NCBI GenBank assembly: GCA_045105515.1
Contig: JBGCDR010000131.1
Location: 12,858 to 76,857, forward strand
Direction of reading: 5' to 3'
DNA length: 64,000 nucleotides
Source: Oligoflexales bacterium
GTDB taxonomy: Bacteria > Bdellovibrionota_B > Oligoflexia > Oligoflexales > Bog-1112
Part shown: positions 32,614 through 42,031 of the stretch, piece by piece
Position numbering within the stretch: the first letter of the stretch is position 1
How the letters are laid out: each line of letters starts with the position of its first letter
Position numbers and translations under genes: made by a program
Notes under the pieces: generated by a model
What the model was told of the DNA's origin: nothing
The model's input: only the letters and a program-made list of their open reading frames with translations
The model's database searches: none

Positions 32614-33849
32614 CTATTTTAAAAGATTGCTAAGAAATGAGATCCCACCTCGTTGGTCGAAATGGCGATTAAAATACCAATTGGGAAGAGAAACTGGCTC
32701 TTGAATGATGAGCCAAACTTCTTGGCCTGAGCCTACATTGATGGTTGGAAGGAGTTTTTCTGCATGTTTGAGATACCAGTTAGTAACTGTTGCCGCTGCG
32801 TTGCTAGCACCAGAAGCTGCTATATATCGGCCTTGGGAGCCGGTGATGTTCATCGTAGAGCCGCCATTTGAACCCATTGTCGTGGTAGTCTGGGCCTGAC
32901 TCACAGCTTTGCCGATGCCATCGACGACTGATGCCAGAAAGGCCATACTTGCCACTCTGTCCTGTTTACTATTGAGTGCACCCATCACAGCAAAGGAGTT
33001 GTCTTTGCCATCCGCAATATAGCCGCTCAACTTCCTCTCAAACGACCTCCCTGATTTAGAGACGCAAGAAATTTTGGTGGCCTGCATTTCAACCCGTTCA
33101 ATGGACATGTTGCCAGTAGACTTTGCAATAATGAAGCACCCCGACAGATCAATACGACTCTTATTTGGTCCAATAAAGGCATAATCAGCCTGAAGAAGCA
33201 CTGGGAGTGCCTTGCCTTCGGGGGCTTCAATTCCAGTGAGCAGCTTTGCTTTCACGAAGGATCCCGAAGGAAGCCTAACTCCAAGCTTGGCTGGTGTTTT
33301 ACTTGCTTGAACCGGAAAAGAAATGATTTCTGGGCCTTTTCTCTTTGTGCGCTTGCGCCTCTTTGAGGATTTCGAGGCAGAGGTGACAGTCGATGGTCCG
33401 TTAGAAACAATTGTCGTAGGAAAATTCTTCAAAGCATTTGAAAATTCTGGTGTTGAGAGAGGAGAAAGTGCTTCCCTTTGTTTAGTCCCCATATCCGTGG
33501 TAAGTGGCTCTTTATTTTCTGCTCTGGGAGTATCCCGTTTGTTAGCAAGTAATTTTTCATATTTGGCTATGATCGCTGTTATGGATTCCAGTTTTTCCTC
33601 AAGATCCTCGACCTTATCGTTGTAAATTTTGTCCTTTCTTTTGTAGAGGTCATTGTTTCTAGAAATGACCCTTCCTGAGTTGAAACTATGCTCCTTATTT
33701 TGGTATGTGATAATCTTAGTGTCATGGTGTTTGCTGAATAGATATGTAGCTAAAAGTAGTATAAATCCTAAGGCCAAGAGTAAAATACCAGGTTTCTCAC
33801 GGACTTTTAGAATCGCCTGCAGTAGGTCAGACTTATTAAGATATTTCAT
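32614..33849 (-). CDS. traB: TraB/VirB10
   Basis: TM, coiled coil, LPSGSFVKAKLLTGIEAP, GCFIIA, SIERV, ISCV. Confidence 0.88.
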   Translation of the reverse strand: MKYLNKSDLLQAILKVREKPGILLLALGFILLLATYLFSKHHDTKIITYQNKEHSFNSGRVISRNNDLYKRKDKIYNDKVEDLEEKLESITAIIAKYEKLLANKRDTPRAENKEPLTTDMGTKQREALSPLSTPEFSNALKNFPTTIVSNGPSTVTSASKSSKRRKRTKRKGPEIISFPVQASKTPAKLGVRLPSGSFVKAKLLTGIEAPEGKALPVLLQADYAFIGPNKSRIDLSGCFIIAKSTGNMSIERVEMQATKISCVSKSGRSFERKLSGYIADGKDNSFAVMGALNSKQDRVASMAFLASVVDGIGKAVSQAQTTTTMGSNGGSTMNITGSQGRYIAASGASNAAATVTNWYLKHAEKLLPTINVGSGQEVWLIIQEPVSLPNWYFNRHFDQRGGISFLSNLLK

Positions 33850-33858
33850 GATGACCTC

Positions 33859-34641
33859 TTACTTACTATTTGTGATAGGAGCTACAGGTAAACTGATGGA
33901 ATAGTAAACCGAAGTGGGCTTGGCTACGATTCGCAATAGTGTCGAATTGAGCTGAGGCTCTTGTTTTTGCTTTGGGTAAAGGATATTGGAATCAGATTGC
34001 GATAATAAGGCTACATTGGGTCTCCCCAAGGTAAGACTCTTGACATCAAGGGCATAGGTTTTGTCTTTGCTGTTGTTGGTCACTTTAAAAATATACCCGT
34101 GGAACTTTGGTCCAGTGTAAACCTTTACTAAACGAGCGGTAATACCATCAATTCCAGTCCTAACCGTTTGACTAAGAGTGCGTGCTTTGTAGCCAATGAC
34201 GCGATCCACTCGGATCATAGCCTTCATCAACTCGACCTCGGAAACACTGCCTCCTCGACTCGATCTTGCAATAGGATCAATGCGGAGGCTTTTGGCCTTG
34301 AGATCATAGAAAGTATTGGTTGTTTCATGAAGTTTAGAAACTACTGTGTTGAGCTTGGCATTGACCACCACATCATTTGCTAAGATGAAAGTAACGTTAC
34401 TACGAGCCTTCTTTGAACGAGGCTTAATGGAAAGGATTCGGTAATCTGGCTTATTGGGATCTGCTGGCTTGATCTCAAATTTACTGGCCTGGGTGATCGT
34501 CTTAACTTCCTCGTCAAAGCGAAGAAGCGTCGAAACTCCATAGGATATACTGATATTTTCCCTTTCAGAACCATAGTAAATAGTTTTTGCTTGAACCGAG
34601 GAACAGAGCAGCATTGCTAGTAACGGAATGACTTTTGTCAT
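33859..34641 (-). CDS. traK: TraK-like secretin/VirB9-like protein
   Basis: Signal peptide; lies between traE and traB; LMKAMI motif. Confidence 0.7.
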   Translation of the reverse strand: MTKVIPLLAMLLCSSVQAKTIYYGSERENISISYGVSTLLRFDEEVKTITQASKFEIKPADPNKPDYRILSIKPRSKKARSNVTFILANDVVVNAKLNTVVSKLHETTNTFYDLKAKSLRIDPIARSSRGGSVSEVELMKAMIRVDRVIGYKARTLSQTVRTGIDGITARLVKVYTGPKFHGYIFKVTNNSKDKTYALDVKSLTLGRPNVALLSQSDSNILYPKQKQEPQLNSTLLRIVAKPTSVYYSISLPVAPITNSK

Positions 34642-34653
34642 ACCTACTCCTTA

Positions 34654-35367
34654 CTATTGAGGTTTTGAGATCGTTTTGCGGGTCTGAAAGCTTTCTAACT
34701 TAGACCAAGACAAGGAGGTTATTTGAAGATACCAGCGTTTTTCTCGATCTGGTGGCACCAACTTGATGGTCATTTCAACAACTTGATCTTCATGTCCTAG
34801 GGATTGTCCAGAAGCATAGAAATCAGCTCGAACGAATGCTGTAATAGAGTAATAGCCATCAGAATTGGAAATGATCTTCTTGCTTTTAACTCGGAAAATT
34901 TGTGCTAGATCTTCATGCTTTGTCTGCTGAATCCACTCCTTGGAATCGGCAGCAAACTGAATTTTGAGTTCAGGACTCATGAACCGCTTCAAGGACTCAT
35001 ATTGTTCCGTGATGATATGGGCATTGATATTTCCAAGGGTGCTCAAGAAATCATTCACAGCATCGTTGACATACGAATCTGGCACAGACTGAGGAGTAGC
35101 TGTAGTAAAATCCAGAACCCCAGGGGCTAAAATGTATTCCTTTACCCGTAACTGTTTGTATAGTGATGATATTTCCATCCTTGAAATTGCAAAATAGCCA
35201 ATAAAGAGCAGAGCCAGCAGACCCAGGAGGTAAGTGAGGATAAGCTTTTCTCGAAGAAGTGCTGCTCGATAAGAAATGTACTTAGGTAATGATTGAAAAT
35301 TGGTCTTTGATTTGTTTGGTGGATCGCTTGTTTGTTTATGGAAGTTTTTTTCTTTTGGTCCAATCAT
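34654..35367 (-). CDS. traE: TraE/VirB8-like protein
   Basis: Single TM followed by NTF2-like region; synteny. Confidence 0.65.
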   Translation of the reverse strand: MIGPKEKNFHKQTSDPPNKSKTNFQSLPKYISYRAALLREKLILTYLLGLLALLFIGYFAISRMEISSLYKQLRVKEYILAPGVLDFTTATPQSVPDSYVNDAVNDFLSTLGNINAHIITEQYESLKRFMSPELKIQFAADSKEWIQQTKHEDLAQIFRVKSKKIISNSDGYYSITAFVRADFYASGQSLGHEDQVVEMTIKLVPPDREKRWYLQITSLSWSKLESFQTRKTISKPQ

Positions 35368-35375
35368 TTAGGCTC

Positions 35376-35687
35376 CTAATCTGAGTATTTTTTCTTTCCC
35401 CCTGGATTGATAATACCGGGAAGATTCATTCCAAAATTCTTGTAGGGGTAGTGAAAGTAGATCCCTTTTTTGTTTCGTCTTCTGACATAGGGGCCGACAC
35501 CTAACGTAAAGATCATTGATAGCAGCATCAGCTGCCAGGAATTGATGACGATGCCAAATAACAACAATGCCGCTAGGGCGGCGAAGACTTCCCCAAGTTC
35601 GAAATAATCAAAGACTGTTATGGGCTTGTCGACAGTTTGTGATACTTTCGTGGAGTACTTCTGCCTCATTGAATCGTAGTTATGCAT
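35376..35687 (-). CDS. traL: TraL/VirB3-like protein
   Basis: VDKPITV...ELGE, two TMs, ~100 aa; synteny. Confidence 0.7.
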   Translation of the reverse strand: MHNYDSMRQKYSTKVSQTVDKPITVFDYFELGEVFAALAALLLFGIVINSWQLMLLSMIFTLGVGPYVRRRNKKGIYFHYPYKNFGMNLPGIINPGGKKKYSD

Positions 35688-35841
35688 TTAATCTCCTGTA
35701 CGGGAATGGGATCCTCCATGTATTTATATGGGCATCTTTCTGGCTCTTGAAAAGCTTGAGTAGACGTGGTTTAGTTTAAAATTGGTTTAAACGATTGCGG
35801 TGAAGTTTTTGCCAGAAAACACTGCCGATGGGTGAGCAAAC

Positions 35842-36822
35842 ATGAAAAAAAAGTTTTTAGGCGTTAGCTATTTTGTGCTTTTTGGGCTTGTTGCAGCATA
35901 TGCATTTGAGCGATGGGCGGTGCGATCAGAACTTGAAACATTAAAAGTAAAAGGGGAACTGATTAAAGTTGAGGGTGCTTCGATGCATATTCAATGTCTT
36001 GGATCTGGGAGTCCAACAATAATTCTTGAGTCAGGACTGGGTTCTGACATGACATCTTGGGATAATATAGTTGGTCCAGTTAGCAAAATGACAAGAGTTT
36101 GCAGGTATGATAGGTCTGGGTATGGTTTAAGTGAAGCCAATCCTTCAGAAGCAACGATCGAGAATCAATCTCATCGTTTAAAAGAGCTTTTAAATGCTGC
36201 TAGCATAAAGGGACCCAAGATTCTAGTCGGTCACTCGGCCGGAGGACTCTACGCTCGTCATTTTGCTACGCTCGAACCAGCTGTTGTCGGTATGGTTCTC
36301 GTTGATGCTTCTGCAAGCCTTTCAAAAGAAGACTTCGAAAAATTTTTCACAATACCAACTTCTTCCAAGATCAAAGGAAGACTTAATTTGATTGCCTCAA
36401 AGTTTGCATTAATCAGAGTGAAAAGTTGGTTTTTACCCAACCCTAAAGATATTCATCCAAAATGGTATCCAAATCAGAACATCTTTAGCAGTCGATACAT
36501 TGAAGCTTTGTTTCAAGATGACAATATTTACTTAAGCGTTCTATCCGCACCAGAGCCAGATCTTCACAATATTCCAATCGTAGTGATCTCAAGAGGGAAG
36601 AACATGATGAATAATGGCTCAAAAAAGAGCGTATTTGATATTGCTTGGGATGGTTGGCAAAAAAAACTACTCAATCTTTCATCGCATAGTTCGCAAATTA
36701 TTGCTGAAGAGAGTGGGCATGGGATTCAAGACAATCAACCCGAACTCATAGTAAATGCGATAGAGAGCCTTCTGAAAGAGGGTGCAACACCTCCAAGAGC
36801 GATAAACCACTTGAATCCTTGA
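35842..36822 (+). CDS. Alpha/beta hydrolase (cargo within tra operon)
   Basis: ESGLG, YDRSGYG, GHSAGG nucleophile elbow, SGHGIQ. Confidence 0.88.
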   Translation: MKKKFLGVSYFVLFGLVAAYAFERWAVRSELETLKVKGELIKVEGASMHIQCLGSGSPTIILESGLGSDMTSWDNIVGPVSKMTRVCRYDRSGYGLSEANPSEATIENQSHRLKELLNAASIKGPKILVGHSAGGLYARHFATLEPAVVGMVLVDASASLSKEDFEKFFTIPTSSKIKGRLNLIASKFALIRVKSWFLPNPKDIHPKWYPNQNIFSSRYIEALFQDDNIYLSVLSAPEPDLHNIPIVVISRGKNMMNNGSKKSVFDIAWDGWQKKLLNLSSHSSQIIAEESGHGIQDNQPELIVNAIESLLKEGATPPRAINHLNP

Positions 36823-36847
36823 GATCAAATAAGAAAGAAGAAATGGC

Positions 36848-37345
36848 ATGGAAATAAGATTAGAAAATAGTGGCGATCATGAATCCATTCGAAATGTGAA
36901 TGACAACGCTTTTGAAACATCCTCAGAATCTGAAATCGTGGACAAACTACGATCTTTAGGTGAATTGTTACTGTCTTTGGTAGCAGTAGTTGATGGTGAA
37001 ATTGTGGGTCATATAGCATTTAGCCCCATGAATATGAATGGTTTCAAGACGAAGTTTGTTGGACTCGGGCCAATGGCTGTTATCAGATCCCAACAGCGTT
37101 ATGGAGTCGGATCCGCACTTGTAAAGGAAGGGATCAAAAATCTTAAGGAGCAGGGGTATTCAGCTGCTTTTGTGTTGGGGCATCCAGAATACTATCCTCG
37201 TTTCGGTTTTAAGCCTTCTTTTTCAAATTTTGAAATAAAGTCTAAGTACGATGTTCCTGATAACGTATTTATGGCATTTGAACTACAAGAGGGTGCCCTC
37301 TCGGGAGTATCTGGACTGGTTCAATACTCCAAAGCCTTTGGATGA
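36848..37345 (+). CDS. GNAT N-acetyltransferase (YhbS-like)
   Basis: VGHIAFSP, GLGPMAV, QRYGVGSAL, VLGHPEYYPRFGF. Confidence 0.9.
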   Translation: MEIRLENSGDHESIRNVNDNAFETSSESEIVDKLRSLGELLLSLVAVVDGEIVGHIAFSPMNMNGFKTKFVGLGPMAVIRSQQRYGVGSALVKEGIKNLKEQGYSAAFVLGHPEYYPRFGFKPSFSNFEIKSKYDVPDNVFMAFELQEGALSGVSGLVQYSKAFG

Positions 37346-37386
37346 CAATTACTTATTGAGCGGACGAAAAGCATACAGAATGAATC

Positions 37387-37760
37387 CTATTTCATGCTGT
37401 GGAAAATAGACCCTCCTCCTCCATCTGACATATCAAAGATGTTTTTAATCCACATAGGGACCGTTCCCATGATGATGGCTCCCATGATGCAAACGATGGC
37501 CATTGCAAAGCGCTGTTCCTTGAGGTTCCATCCAGCGCCAAGAATAGCCATGCCTGCTAAGATCCTGGCACCAAATTTAAAGAGAAAGCTGTCTACGATA
37601 TGAAGGAGCGTCCCGGCTGCGGTCAGCTTACTAATGTCATCGGACCCAGGAATCGTGCCAGCAGCTAAGGCAATACCTGCATGGAGAAGTCCAAAGATAA
37701 AGATCATAGTTAAGGATGGAAACGACCATCCTAACGAAGGAATTTTTTTTTTTTTGCCAT
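37387..37760 (-). CDS. traA: Conjugative pilin (TraA/VirB2-like) whose leader is frameshifted at an A13 tract
   Basis: ALA|AG cleavage-like site and two hydrophobic helices; RBS-bearing ATG 37760 is out of frame unless the A-run is 11 or 14. Confidence 0.7.
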
Positions 37761-37769
37761 AGGGCGCTC

Positions 37770-38498
37770 CTATTTGGTTGATAAAGTATTAAGAATGCTC
37801 TTGGCTTTTTGGTATCCATTGATTCGATAGACTAGCTTTTTGCTAGTATCAGCCACAAAGAGCACAGGCCAGGAATTGATCTTCTTTCTAGAAATTTCCT
37901 GAGCACTCGCTTTGACCACCGCAAATGGAACTGGAAAATTGGGTTTCTTGCTGTCGATTTGCCTTACTTCTACGAAGTAGCCCATTTTTTGTAAATCTCT
38001 TGCTGTAACCATCATCCGTTCACAATGAGGACAGGTAGAATCGAAATAGAGGCGAAATCTAAAACGTTTAAGATCCAAATCTATGGGTTTTATTTTGCTT
38101 AATTTTTCAGTAAGGATTTCTCTTTCTTTTGGTTTGAGAGTCTTTGAATTTTTGGCCAAGTATGTTTTCATGTGATCGTGAAGCTTTACCATCAGAGTGT
38201 TCTTCTTCTCAATCAAGGCAAACCAACGCTTGATATTCTGATCAGTTGGATTTCTTGCCAATTCCATAAACGGTTTAGGTGGTTTATGATCTCCTTCCTC
38301 AAAAAATTCGTCGTGCTTAGGGTTGGTGTATTTTTCCCAGTCAAATTGCTTTTCTTGTGGTATCTTTGGCTCTATCTTAGTCGGTGACGGTTTGGCTGAT
38401 GTTTTTTCATTCCAATAGTCAATTCTTCCTCCAAAATAGTCAAAGCCCAGAGCCGTAGAACAAAAAAGCAGCATTACAATGAGCCATGGTCTTCGCAT
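37770..38498 (-). CDS. Periplasmic thioredoxin-fold protein (TraF/TrbB-like)
   Basis: Signal peptide; YFDSTCPHC; SWPVLF. Confidence 0.7.
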   Translation of the reverse strand: MRRPWLIVMLLFCSTALGFDYFGGRIDYWNEKTSAKPSPTKIEPKIPQEKQFDWEKYTNPKHDEFFEEGDHKPPKPFMELARNPTDQNIKRWFALIEKKNTLMVKLHDHMKTYLAKNSKTLKPKEREILTEKLSKIKPIDLDLKRFRFRLYFDSTCPHCERMMVTARDLQKMGYFVEVRQIDSKKPNFPVPFAVVKASAQEISRKKINSWPVLFVADTSKKLVYRINGYQKAKSILNTLSTK

Positions 38499-38512
38499 AT
38501 TTCCCCCTTTTG

Positions 38513-40033
38513 CTAGGTAATTGCTTCAATTTCACTTTCATCAATGACTCCTTTCTGGGCAAGAGCAATACACTCATCCTTCAAGGTTGTAGGCATTCTT
38601 TTGTCTCCTAAGTCTGATTTTTCCAGATATTCAATGATTGCTATACGCCCTGTGATTCCCCCAGTGCATTGCACGCATCCATCAGGATTTGCTCGAAATA
38701 GCCCATTTTCTAATTTTATCCTGCATTTTGGACAAATGCGTCGAACAAGGCGTTGTGCAACCGATAGGCGTAGATTGGTTTTGATCGTAAATTCGTCAAC
38801 ACCAAGGTTAAGCAAGCGATCCACAACTTCCCTGGCTCCATTTGCGTGAACTGTGGAGAGGACCAAGTGGCCTGTTGAAGCGAGTTTCATGCTGAGATCT
38901 GCTGTTTCTTCATCTCTTATCTCTCCTAGAAGGATAATATCTGGATCTTGGCGCATAAGTGCTTTTTGAAAGTCATTGAAGTCCTCCTTAGTTTCTACAT
39001 TTGATTGGGTGATGCGTTCTAGACTCTTTTCGACTGGGTTTTCTAGAGTTGAAATGTTTTTACCGAGTCGATCCATTTCTTCTAGCAGTGCATATAGGGT
39101 CGTTGTTTTTCCACTTCCCGTCGGGCCAGAAATGATGATCAAACCTTCTCGTTTTAGAATGTTGCACTTGAGCATCTCGATTTTATCTTTACTTAAGCCA
39201 ATATCTTGCAAGCTCAATTTTTGTTCCTGGTACTGGATGCGTAATACGATCTTTTCACTGCCACCTGCTGTGGGCATAGAATTTGCCCGCACATCGATGG
39301 CCATGGACTTAAAACATGCCCTCGCATCTTGAGGTTTTGAAATAATTGCTAGGTCCAGGTTTAGTATCCATTTGAGTTTGTTGGTGATTGGTTCAGTGTG
39401 TTCAGCCTCTATGACCTTCCAGTCTTGTAGCGCTCCATGGGTACGAAACCGGATTAGGAATTTATCTGCAAATGGTTCGAAATGAATATCACTGGCCTTT
39501 AGTTTGCAGGCAGCTATAAAGCACTGATGAATGAGCTGTGTGTAAGGGTTTTCTTCAGAAATTCTTTGGTCACAAGTTAGATCACCCGCAAGGACGATGT
39601 TTGATTTTTGTTTCTTATCGTCATGATTCTCTCCCTGTAAAAGTCGAAATACAGACCCTTTGACCCTAAGAAGGGTCACTTCTAGCTCGAAGAATGCCTC
39701 AACAGACTGAATAGTCACATCCGAAAAATGATCAGCTACTAGAGTTAACCTCCTTGTGGTTAAATCAATTGCTATAACGTTGAACGGATTCAACTGTTCT
39801 TGAAGCGTTAAAGGTACTTTGGACTTCTCTGTCTCCAGTTCTTTGAATGATTTGTTGCACTCTGGCTTAATGAACTGAATCAATAGACTGTCGAGGGTTT
39901 GTTGATTTATGTAGCCCAATTCGACCATCAGCCTACCAACCTTCTCTTTGCGGTACTGATAGATCTTTAGGATAGTTCGCAGTTGCTCTTTTGTGCAATG
40001 ATGTTTTGAATGAACGAATTCAGCAAATTTCAT
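38513..40033 (-). CDS. GspE/PilB-family secretion ATPase
   Basis: KVGRLMVELGYI (MshEN-like), ASDIHFEP, GPTGSGKTTT, LENPVE, MRQDPDIILLGEIRD, TGHLVLSTVH, CPKC...CVQC. Confidence 0.92.
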   Translation of the reverse strand: MKFAEFVHSKHHCTKEQLRTILKIYQYRKEKVGRLMVELGYINQQTLDSLLIQFIKPECNKSFKELETEKSKVPLTLQEQLNPFNVIAIDLTTRRLTLVADHFSDVTIQSVEAFFELEVTLLRVKGSVFRLLQGENHDDKKQKSNIVLAGDLTCDQRISEENPYTQLIHQCFIAACKLKASDIHFEPFADKFLIRFRTHGALQDWKVIEAEHTEPITNKLKWILNLDLAIISKPQDARACFKSMAIDVRANSMPTAGGSEKIVLRIQYQEQKLSLQDIGLSKDKIEMLKCNILKREGLIIISGPTGSGKTTTLYALLEEMDRLGKNISTLENPVEKSLERITQSNVETKEDFNDFQKALMRQDPDIILLGEIRDEETADLSMKLASTGHLVLSTVHANGAREVVDRLLNLGVDEFTIKTNLRLSVAQRLVRRICPKCRIKLENGLFRANPDGCVQCTGGITGRIAIIEYLEKSDLGDKRMPTTLKDECIALAQKGVIDESEIEAIT

Positions 40034-41061
40034 CAAAAACCCCTGCATGCTGCTTTAATTCCGGCCAACCATAGATAGGCAAGACCACCAGTTCCTGCAT
40101 CAATGGTGCAATTGGAGCGTTGCCAAACAACATATAGGAACTTAGTGGGTTTACCTGAGAACCTTCCTAGTTCATTGACAGCATTGACTCTCAATACAGC
40201 AATATTTTGTCCCTCCTTAAAACTGCTCGATAACTGTGGATAGATCATTTGCCATTTGTCACTCCAGTTACTGGAAACGCTTCGAAAGACATCACCCCCA
40301 AGGCTTTTTATTCTAGAAGCAATCATCAGCGATGCTGTGGTTTGATCAGAGGATATGGTGGTTCCGGTTCTGGGTAGGTGAATGCCCCAACCTGTGCATA
40401 CAGGTGCATCTGTTGGCGGATACTTCCACATGCGACCCATCCATGGGTTTGAGCACATGGGTTCGATGCCACCACCGGTTACTCCCCAGTGCCCAGTAGC
40501 AGAAGAAGCGGCCCCCTTTAACAAACATGCCTTGGGGCTGGCTGCCCAGGCTTTGAATTGAGGATGCCACATATCAGCAAAACCAGTACGCCAGTTACTA
40601 CTTAAATGCTCGCTTGCTGCTGAGAAGCAGAACAGATCGGGCACCCCACCGCCACAGGGGAGCCCTGCAAAGACTTCCTGAGTGAATGGAACATTGATGA
40701 CGTGGGCATGGTAGGAGAAGGCTCCGTTATCGCTCTCAGCAGCAAAGGGAAGCCATCCCCCCATACGCTTCAATTGGAAATTGACTCCCGGCAATCCATA
40801 AAACATGGTTTCTCTGGGATGATTAACAACCTCAATAAAATATTTCGGCAAATTATAGCTTACATGAGCACAAGGCCATGGTGGTAAAGGAAACGGGCTT
40901 GGGCACATAGCAAACTTAACTCGGAGACCAAATTCGCGGCTAAATAATGGAGTATTAACCACGTCACAAACATTAGGAAAATTAAAGGCACTTGTCAGCG
41001 TGCTAATGTTTAACAAACCTACAATGGCACCGACTCTCGCTAACCTGCTTTTTAAGGGCAT
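40033..41061 (-). CDS. TraU-like Cys-rich periplasmic protein
   Basis: Signal peptide, many Cys, CTGWGIHLPRTG, KWQMIYP. Confidence 0.6.
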   Translation of the reverse strand: MPLKSRLARVGAIVGLLNISTLTSAFNFPNVCDVVNTPLFSREFGLRVKFAMCPSPFPLPPWPCAHVSYNLPKYFIEVVNHPRETMFYGLPGVNFQLKRMGGWLPFAAESDNGAFSYHAHVINVPFTQEVFAGLPCGGGVPDLFCFSAASEHLSSNWRTGFADMWHPQFKAWAASPKACLLKGAASSATGHWGVTGGGIEPMCSNPWMGRMWKYPPTDAPVCTGWGIHLPRTGTTISSDQTTASLMIASRIKSLGGDVFRSVSSNWSDKWQMIYPQLSSSFKEGQNIAVLRVNAVNELGRFSGKPTKFLYVVWQRSNCTIDAGTGGLAYLWLAGIKAACRGF

Positions 41062-41438
41062 GATCTTTGCCTTTTTTTGACCGCTATTCCTCCAGATTTA
41101 ACAAGATTGTCTATGATTTTCTTGCGAAGCTTAGTCAGAGCTTCGGTTAATCTTTTTTTGACCAAAGCTTCATCGAGCCCCAAATCTTTCGCAATTTCGG
41201 AGCAGGTATAGTCTTCCCAGTAACGTAAACGTATGATTTCTTGTTCTTTGGAAGGCAATTCTTTTAGAATGTGGTGTAGGTCATTTTTTAGCTTAGGGCT
41301 CACCAAAAATCTGATGTTTTGATCATAATCGTCCTGCTGATTTTCTTTACGTAAATACTGATCAAGGGCTTGTTTGTCAGTAAGGCGGTTCAATGATGCT
41401 TGATCCATGTAAGATACCGGTGAATTCAAGTTATGCAT
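41052..41438 (-). CDS. Sigma70 region-4 HTH protein
   Basis: LPSKEQEIIRLRYWEDYTCSEIAKDLG...VKKRLTEALTKLR. Confidence 0.8.
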   Translation of the reverse strand: MHNLNSPVSYMDQASLNRLTDKQALDQYLRKENQQDDYDQNIRFLVSPKLKNDLHHILKELPSKEQEIIRLRYWEDYTCSEIAKDLGLDEALVKKRLTEALTKLRKKIIDNLVKSGGIAVKKRQRSCP

Positions 41439-41838
41439 GTAAGCCTCCCGCAATTAGTGAAAGTTTTTGATCTTCGTTTCTATAGGAAATATTAATCTTG
41501 TATGTGAATCGAGAGTTGGACGGGACAAGACATCCATTCTTAGCGTGAAGATGTTGATGGTTGTAGGACCATAGGACACGCTCTATTTCTTCACCAAGAT
41601 GTTTTGCGTTTAAGTCACCAGCTACTGAAGCTTCTACTCGGATCTGTTGGTCTCCTCTTCGACTGATGAGTGAGATTAAAAATTCAACTTTGGGGTGCTT
41701 TTTCCTCATCTGAAAGAAGTCACGATCAAAAAACATCATCAGCTCATTCATGCTGAGATCCTTGGTCTCTTTGAAGTAGACACCTTCACAACTCACCGAC
41801 AGCGGTAAATTATTCCGGATCTGCACAACGGTTCGCAT
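41431..41838 (-). CDS. Hypothetical protein, first gene of the tra-strand operon
   Basis: GAGGAGG RBS; overlaps the next gene. Confidence 0.6.
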   Translation of the reverse strand: MRTVVQIRNNLPLSVSCEGVYFKETKDLSMNELMMFFDRDFFQMRKKHPKVEFLISLISRRGDQQIRVEASVAGDLNAKHLGEEIERVLWSYNHQHLHAKNGCLVPSNSRFTYKINISYRNEDQKLSLIAGGLHA

Positions 41839-41865
41839 GGGCACCTCCTCTTGAGATCTACGATA

Positions 41866-41912
41866 TTTCTCCCTACCTACGGTAGGGTGGCTTTTTTTTG
41901 GGTGTCCACCCT
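41866..41912 (-). promoter_or_regulatory. Element-specific motif, copy A (AGGGTGGACACCC...CGTA)
   Basis: 13-bp identity and identical GGACAC-N20-CGTA spacing with the copy at 56172. Confidence 0.55.
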
Positions 41913-42031
41913 CATCTTTGACTTGATGAACCTTAATAATGACAGGGACATTGGGCTAAATCTTGGTGGTTGATCTCTCGGAGGGAAAAATGGAGTCGGG
42001 AGGGCAAAGCCCGACCCTTTCAATAAAAGAG

